A stretch of 25,785 bases of DNA, from the NCBI RefSeq assembly GCF_006345805.1, contig NW_021836002.1, positions 1 through 25,785 on the forward strand, given 5' to 3'. Position 1 is the first letter of the stretch, and each line of letters begins with the position of its first letter. The notes beneath the pieces were generated by a model, which saw only the letters and a list, made by a program, of their open reading frames with translations, searched no databases and had not been told where the DNA came from. Source of the DNA: Octopus sinensis (Eukaryota). The position numbers and the translations under genes are program-made. Positions 22,254-25,785 of this stretch are shown here, piece by piece.

Positions 22254-22603
22254 TCATAAAAAAGAGAAGGACACTTTAAGAAGCATTCAGTAAAAGCTTT
22301 CCCATAGCTGGTCATTTTTCACGCTAGAAATAGAAACCACTTTATTTTTCATATAATTTTGAAGGACAGATAAGAAGCATTCATAAATAAATTGACCTGT
22401 ATATGGTCTCATTTCATGCTAGAAAGAGCCACAAAACCTTCACATTTTTGTTTCATCACAAATAAAATCGATGGACAATTTCCAAAGCATCCATGTCAAA
22501 TATTGTCCTATAGATGGCCTAACATCATGCTAGAAATAACAGCCAAATACTCTGAAATTTGTATCGTTTGTCATAAAAAAAGTGAAGGACACTTTAAGAA
22601 GCA
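22254..22603. repeat. Pair of ~32-bp direct repeats
   Basis: tcataaaaaagagaaggacactttaagaagca (22254-22285) and tcataaaaaaagtgaaggacactttaagaagca (22571-22603). Confidence 0.8.
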
Positions 22604-23069
22604 ACTCTAAAAATATTGTCCTGCGGCGGTTTAAGTGTAAAATATTATAAAAGTATGCATCTATGAGTTTATGTGTTTAAAAAACATAGCAAAGACCTGT
22701 TGTATATGTAGGTATATACATGTGTATAAAGTATTTTTTTGTAAAAAAGGTATTTTTGAATGAAATTTGGTAGAAATAACTTTCAAACGATGCAGATTAC
22801 GATTAAAAAGAATTTTTTGGCAAAATGTTTTTGTAAGGTTCGAGGGAAAAAGTGTGTGATTTAAGGGAGATTGGCTGTTGTTTCTAGCACACCACCCTCC
22901 TTGTCTTCTTTTTTTTCTCATTTTTTCCCTCAGAAACACATTTATGTTAAAAAAATAAAAAAGATATTTTTAAAATCTCTGATTATTTTTAGCCCCACTT
23001 CCTGGCCCCCGATTCTTTCTCTTATATAATTGTAAAATATTGGAGAGCCTGAGAAGATTCTTGCTGAAT

Positions 23070-23225
23070 TTATCCACAGGGATTTAAATAAGAGCTTTGT
23101 AAAAGAGGATTTCTTTTGAGAGCATCCTTTTCTGTTAGAACGAAAGTGGAAGTTTCATTAAAAATATCCATTTCCTGGAAGTTATGAGGAACACAGTCGA
23201 TGGGGTGTTCATCTGTAGTTATGCC

Positions 23226-23258
<33 letters not shown>

Positions 23259-23558
23259 ACTGTAATAAATGTAGTGTGTATATATATTATATATGTATGT
23301 GTGTTTGTGTATACATATTATTCATGTATATGTACAAGTTTAAAAAAGAAATATCAAAAGATGTTGGAATATTTGAGGTATTGGATAATTTCCGACTCAG
23401 GATTGCCAATACATTTATTAGGAATATAAATATACATCTTATTATACGTAGCCTTCTTGCACACACATAAGCATACCTCGTAGAGAAGATGACGGGTAAA
23501 TCCATCTGTGACAACCCATGCTTAAGGGTGTCTGGTGATATTTCGGGTCTGGTATCAT
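23070..23558 (-). CDS. Candidate two-exon small gene (exon 1 23558-23477, exon 2 23212-23070), 74 aa, unknown product
   Basis: Donor GAG|GTATGC at 23477/23476, acceptor ataactacag| at 23213/23212, microsatellite-filled 264-nt intron; phase-1 join gives MIPDPKYHQTPLSMGCHRWIYPSSSLRDEHPIDCVPHNFQEMDIFNETSTFVLTEKDALKRNPLLQSSYLNPCG*. Confidence 0.45.
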
Positions 23559-23621
23559 ACAAACCGCCCAGTCTGGAGTCTCTATAAACTTCTGCCGCTT
23601 CCCGTTCAATTGTTTCTATCT

Positions 23622-23634
23622 GTTGCCTAGCAAC
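23622..23634. promoter_or_regulatory. RFX X-box
   Basis: GTTGCCTAGCAAC, the 13-bp palindromic RFX-binding consensus, ~65 bp upstream of the candidate ATG. Confidence 0.6.
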
Positions 23635-23666
23635 GCTAATTTGAATGACAAAAACGTGGAGAAAAA

Positions 23667-23675
23667 GGCGGGAAA
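23667..23675 (-). promoter_or_regulatory. E2F-binding site
   Basis: GGCGGGAAA (TTTCCCGCC on the minus strand) in a locally CpG-containing island within AT-rich DNA. Confidence 0.45.
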
Positions 23676-24129
23676 TTTAGACAAACTTTGTCTAAATTAT
23701 TTATTTAAATCAAAGAGACATTGTCAGCATTTTTATGAATTAATAATGTTAAATGATTAAGGTCTCACAATTAAGTCATTAATTAGGAATTATAATTAAT
23801 TTGGACGTGAAAAAGAAAGGAAAAACTACGGATGTGTGTATATGTATGTATTTATGTATGTACATAAGCAGGTAAATATTTATATATTAAGTGTGTATGA
23901 ATATTTACATACGTCTATAGAGAGAGAAAGGGGGAGAGAGAGGGTGGAGTATTACACATGTATACGCATAAGACGAATGATGTCTGGGGTGTTTGTCGGT
24001 GTGTCTGTGTGTGTTATACACGCCTGTTTATGTTTTGTGCTGGTGTGTGTATTATTGGTGATGTTGTGTGTGTGTGTTTGTGTGTGTATCCGGGAACGTC
24101 ACTTTCTGCCTCTCTGTCTATATCTGCTG

Positions 24130-24178
<49 letters not shown>

Positions 24179-24182
24179 ATAT

Positions 24183-24480
24183 ATGTCTGTTGACTCTCTC
24201 CCCTATCTATCTAGCCACCTCTCTCTCTATCTGTATATCTTTTTATGTATATATCTATTTATGTATATATAAATATATAGATAATATATATATATCGTTT
24301 TGACTCTCTCCCCTATCTATCTAGCCACCTCTCTCTCTATCTGTATATCTTTTTATGTATATATCTATTTATGTATATATATAAATATATATATTATTAT
24401 ATATATGTCTGTTGACTCTCTCCCCTATATCTAGCCATCTCTCTCTTCTATCTGTCTATCTTTTTATGTATATCTCTCTA
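24183..24480. repeat. Three tandem ~111-bp units in the Penelope 3' tail region
   Basis: gttgactctctcccctatctatctagccacctctctctctatctgtatatctttttatg recurs at ~24189, ~24300 and ~24411. Confidence 0.9.
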
Positions 24481-24489
24481 TACAATATG

Positions 24490-25427
24490 TTACATTACTC
24501 GGTAGTCAAGATAAAACTCGAGTTTCAGATGCCGAAGTGGAAATCCACAACACCATCTCTTCGGTTATCTGGCTTGTGAAACGTTATGAAAAAATACCGT
24601 TAAATAAAGGGAAATTACTACTCTGTTATACTCTGCTTGCCTGCGTACTTATACATCGCTCGCATTTTTCGTCATAAAAATTATATAAAAATACATTAAA
24701 ATATATAAATATATAAAAATATATAAAATCTTCTTGGGACATAACACAGAAAGCATGTTCTATCCGTTTTCTTAGGGACCAAAAACGTAACAGAAATTTA
24801 GTCACATGTGGGCATGATCCGAAAAGCTCTGTCCTTGTATTTAGACATGTGGTAGGGTCTAAGCTCTTTTCCAGATAAGCCATCTCTCCATGTCGCATAA
24901 CCGCACCTTCCGCTGCCGTTAGTATAGGGCTTACATCTGGCCAAATCTTCCATTGTATGTTATAATCGACACCTTTCTCTCTTAAAGACCAAATTTGATT
25001 GGATAATTGTGTCGCTTTTCTTTTGTTCCAGTGCCTAAAGCTCAAGTGTGGTTATTGAACCTGGCCTTGAAATTACCCTCTGTCAGGCCCACGTATTTCT
25101 TCGTCGAACGGTGTCTTTAGTGGTTATAGAGTTTACGGTAGCTTCATATGATGGTCTGGACATGCAAGCTCCATTTAGCGGGCACAATCTTTATTCCTGC
25201 ATGAACATCTGTTTTCTTCTTGTTTTTTTTGTATGTTATGATTGATTATGTTTTTAAAATTGGTAGTTTGAACTAAAACTAATTTTTAAATTGTGTCTAT
25301 TGAAGAGTTTCCTAAAGCATGGTAACTGGAAATGTCTATCTATCAGTGCTAGGAAATATTTACCTATATTGAGGCCACCTCGGGTGAGTAAGGGGGCGTA
25401 AACCAGATGACCTTCCTATTTCTATTA
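24490..25427 (-). mobile_element. 5'-truncated Penelope-like retroelement: RT C-terminal region, GIY-YIG endonuclease and 3' tail
   Basis: Minus strand: RNRKVIWFTPPYSPE..NIGKYFLALIDRHF..FRKLFNRHNLKISFS, CSCRNKDC, LSFRHWNKRKATQLSNQIWSLREKGVDYNIQWKI, CLNTRTELFGSCPHVTKFLL, typical of PLE C-termini. Confidence 0.9.
24509..24570 (-). ncRNA. Type I hammerhead-ribozyme-like motif in the Penelope 3' tail
   Basis: AGAUAA-CCGAAGA-[GAUGGUGUUGUGG AUUU CCACUUCGGCAUC U]-GAAAC-UCGA-GUU/UUAUCU: 6-bp helix I, CUGANGA core with U4>C, long imperfect helix II, GAAA, 2-bp helix III with palindromic loop, GUU cleavage triplet. Confidence 0.6.
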
Positions 25428-25491
25428 TGGCTAGATAGATAGGGGAAGAGTCAACGACTATATATAATATATATATATATTATATATATTA

Positions 25492-25532
<41 letters not shown>

Positions 25533-25581
25533 AATAATTGATAAACGGTAAGATAACAAAGAAAGAAAGAGACCTCAATAT

Positions 25582-25618
<37 letters not shown>

Positions 25619-25785
25619 ATGTATAATGTATATATATATATAATATTAATTAAGGGTAGAAATTGATATTTATCATTAAGACCAGTTGTCTAGCTATATT
25701 AAAAGAATCCGAAGATTAAAATATTTATATAACCAATTGTGGACTGAACACGAAAAGGGACAGTCCACGCTAGATATAGACGTCA
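25428..25785 (+). mobile_element. Inverted copy of Penelope tail sequence joined to the 5'-truncation point
   Basis: tggctagatagataggggaagagtcaac (25428-25455) is the reverse complement of the unit at 24189-24217 and abuts the last coding codons at ~25426. Confidence 0.6.

Noticed and set aside
21657-22293. Long ORFs encoding poly-Asp, poly-His, poly-Met/Ile/Ser tracts in several frames
   Set aside because: They are by-products of the stop-free trinucleotide repeat; there are no splice signals or non-repetitive coding context.
23070-23562. Resemblance of DTLKHGLS / HPIDCVPHNFQ / RNPLLQSSYL to proteasome maturation protein POMP/UMP1
   Set aside because: The matching pieces lie in incompatible frames across the splice junction and the spacing is about 14 aa too short; treated as coincidence, so no gene symbol was assigned.

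Overview
Animal genomic DNA, AT-rich and full of (TA)n/(CA)n/(GATA)n microsatellites. The SINE-like repeat families and intron style look octopod cephalopod (inference from recognised repeats, not verified). Most of the window is transposon debris: an L1/Tx1-type LINE RT fragment (1-1155, -), a Helitron Rep/Pif1-helicase fragment (3750-5400, -), a non-autonomous Helitron-like element (11514-11886), about a dozen copies of two SINE-like families, and a Penelope-like element with a GIY-YIG endonuclease (24490-25427, -). The main non-TE feature is a ~5.3 kb apparently intronless + strand coding region (15913-21240). It appears to encode about six tandem NHL-like beta-propellers (~800 bp period) and is broken by many frameshifts, nearly all resolvable ones -1, so it may be intact in vivo. 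Other points of interest: a hammerhead-ribozyme-like motif in the Penelope 3' tail (24509-24570, -), a duplicated exon-intron-exon module with two 196-nt introns (6264-6740, 8101-8580), a candidate small spliced gene behind an RFX X-box plus E2F site (23070-23675, -), and two isolated hairpins. All coordinates and translations were read by hand; boundaries are approximate and no database searches were run.
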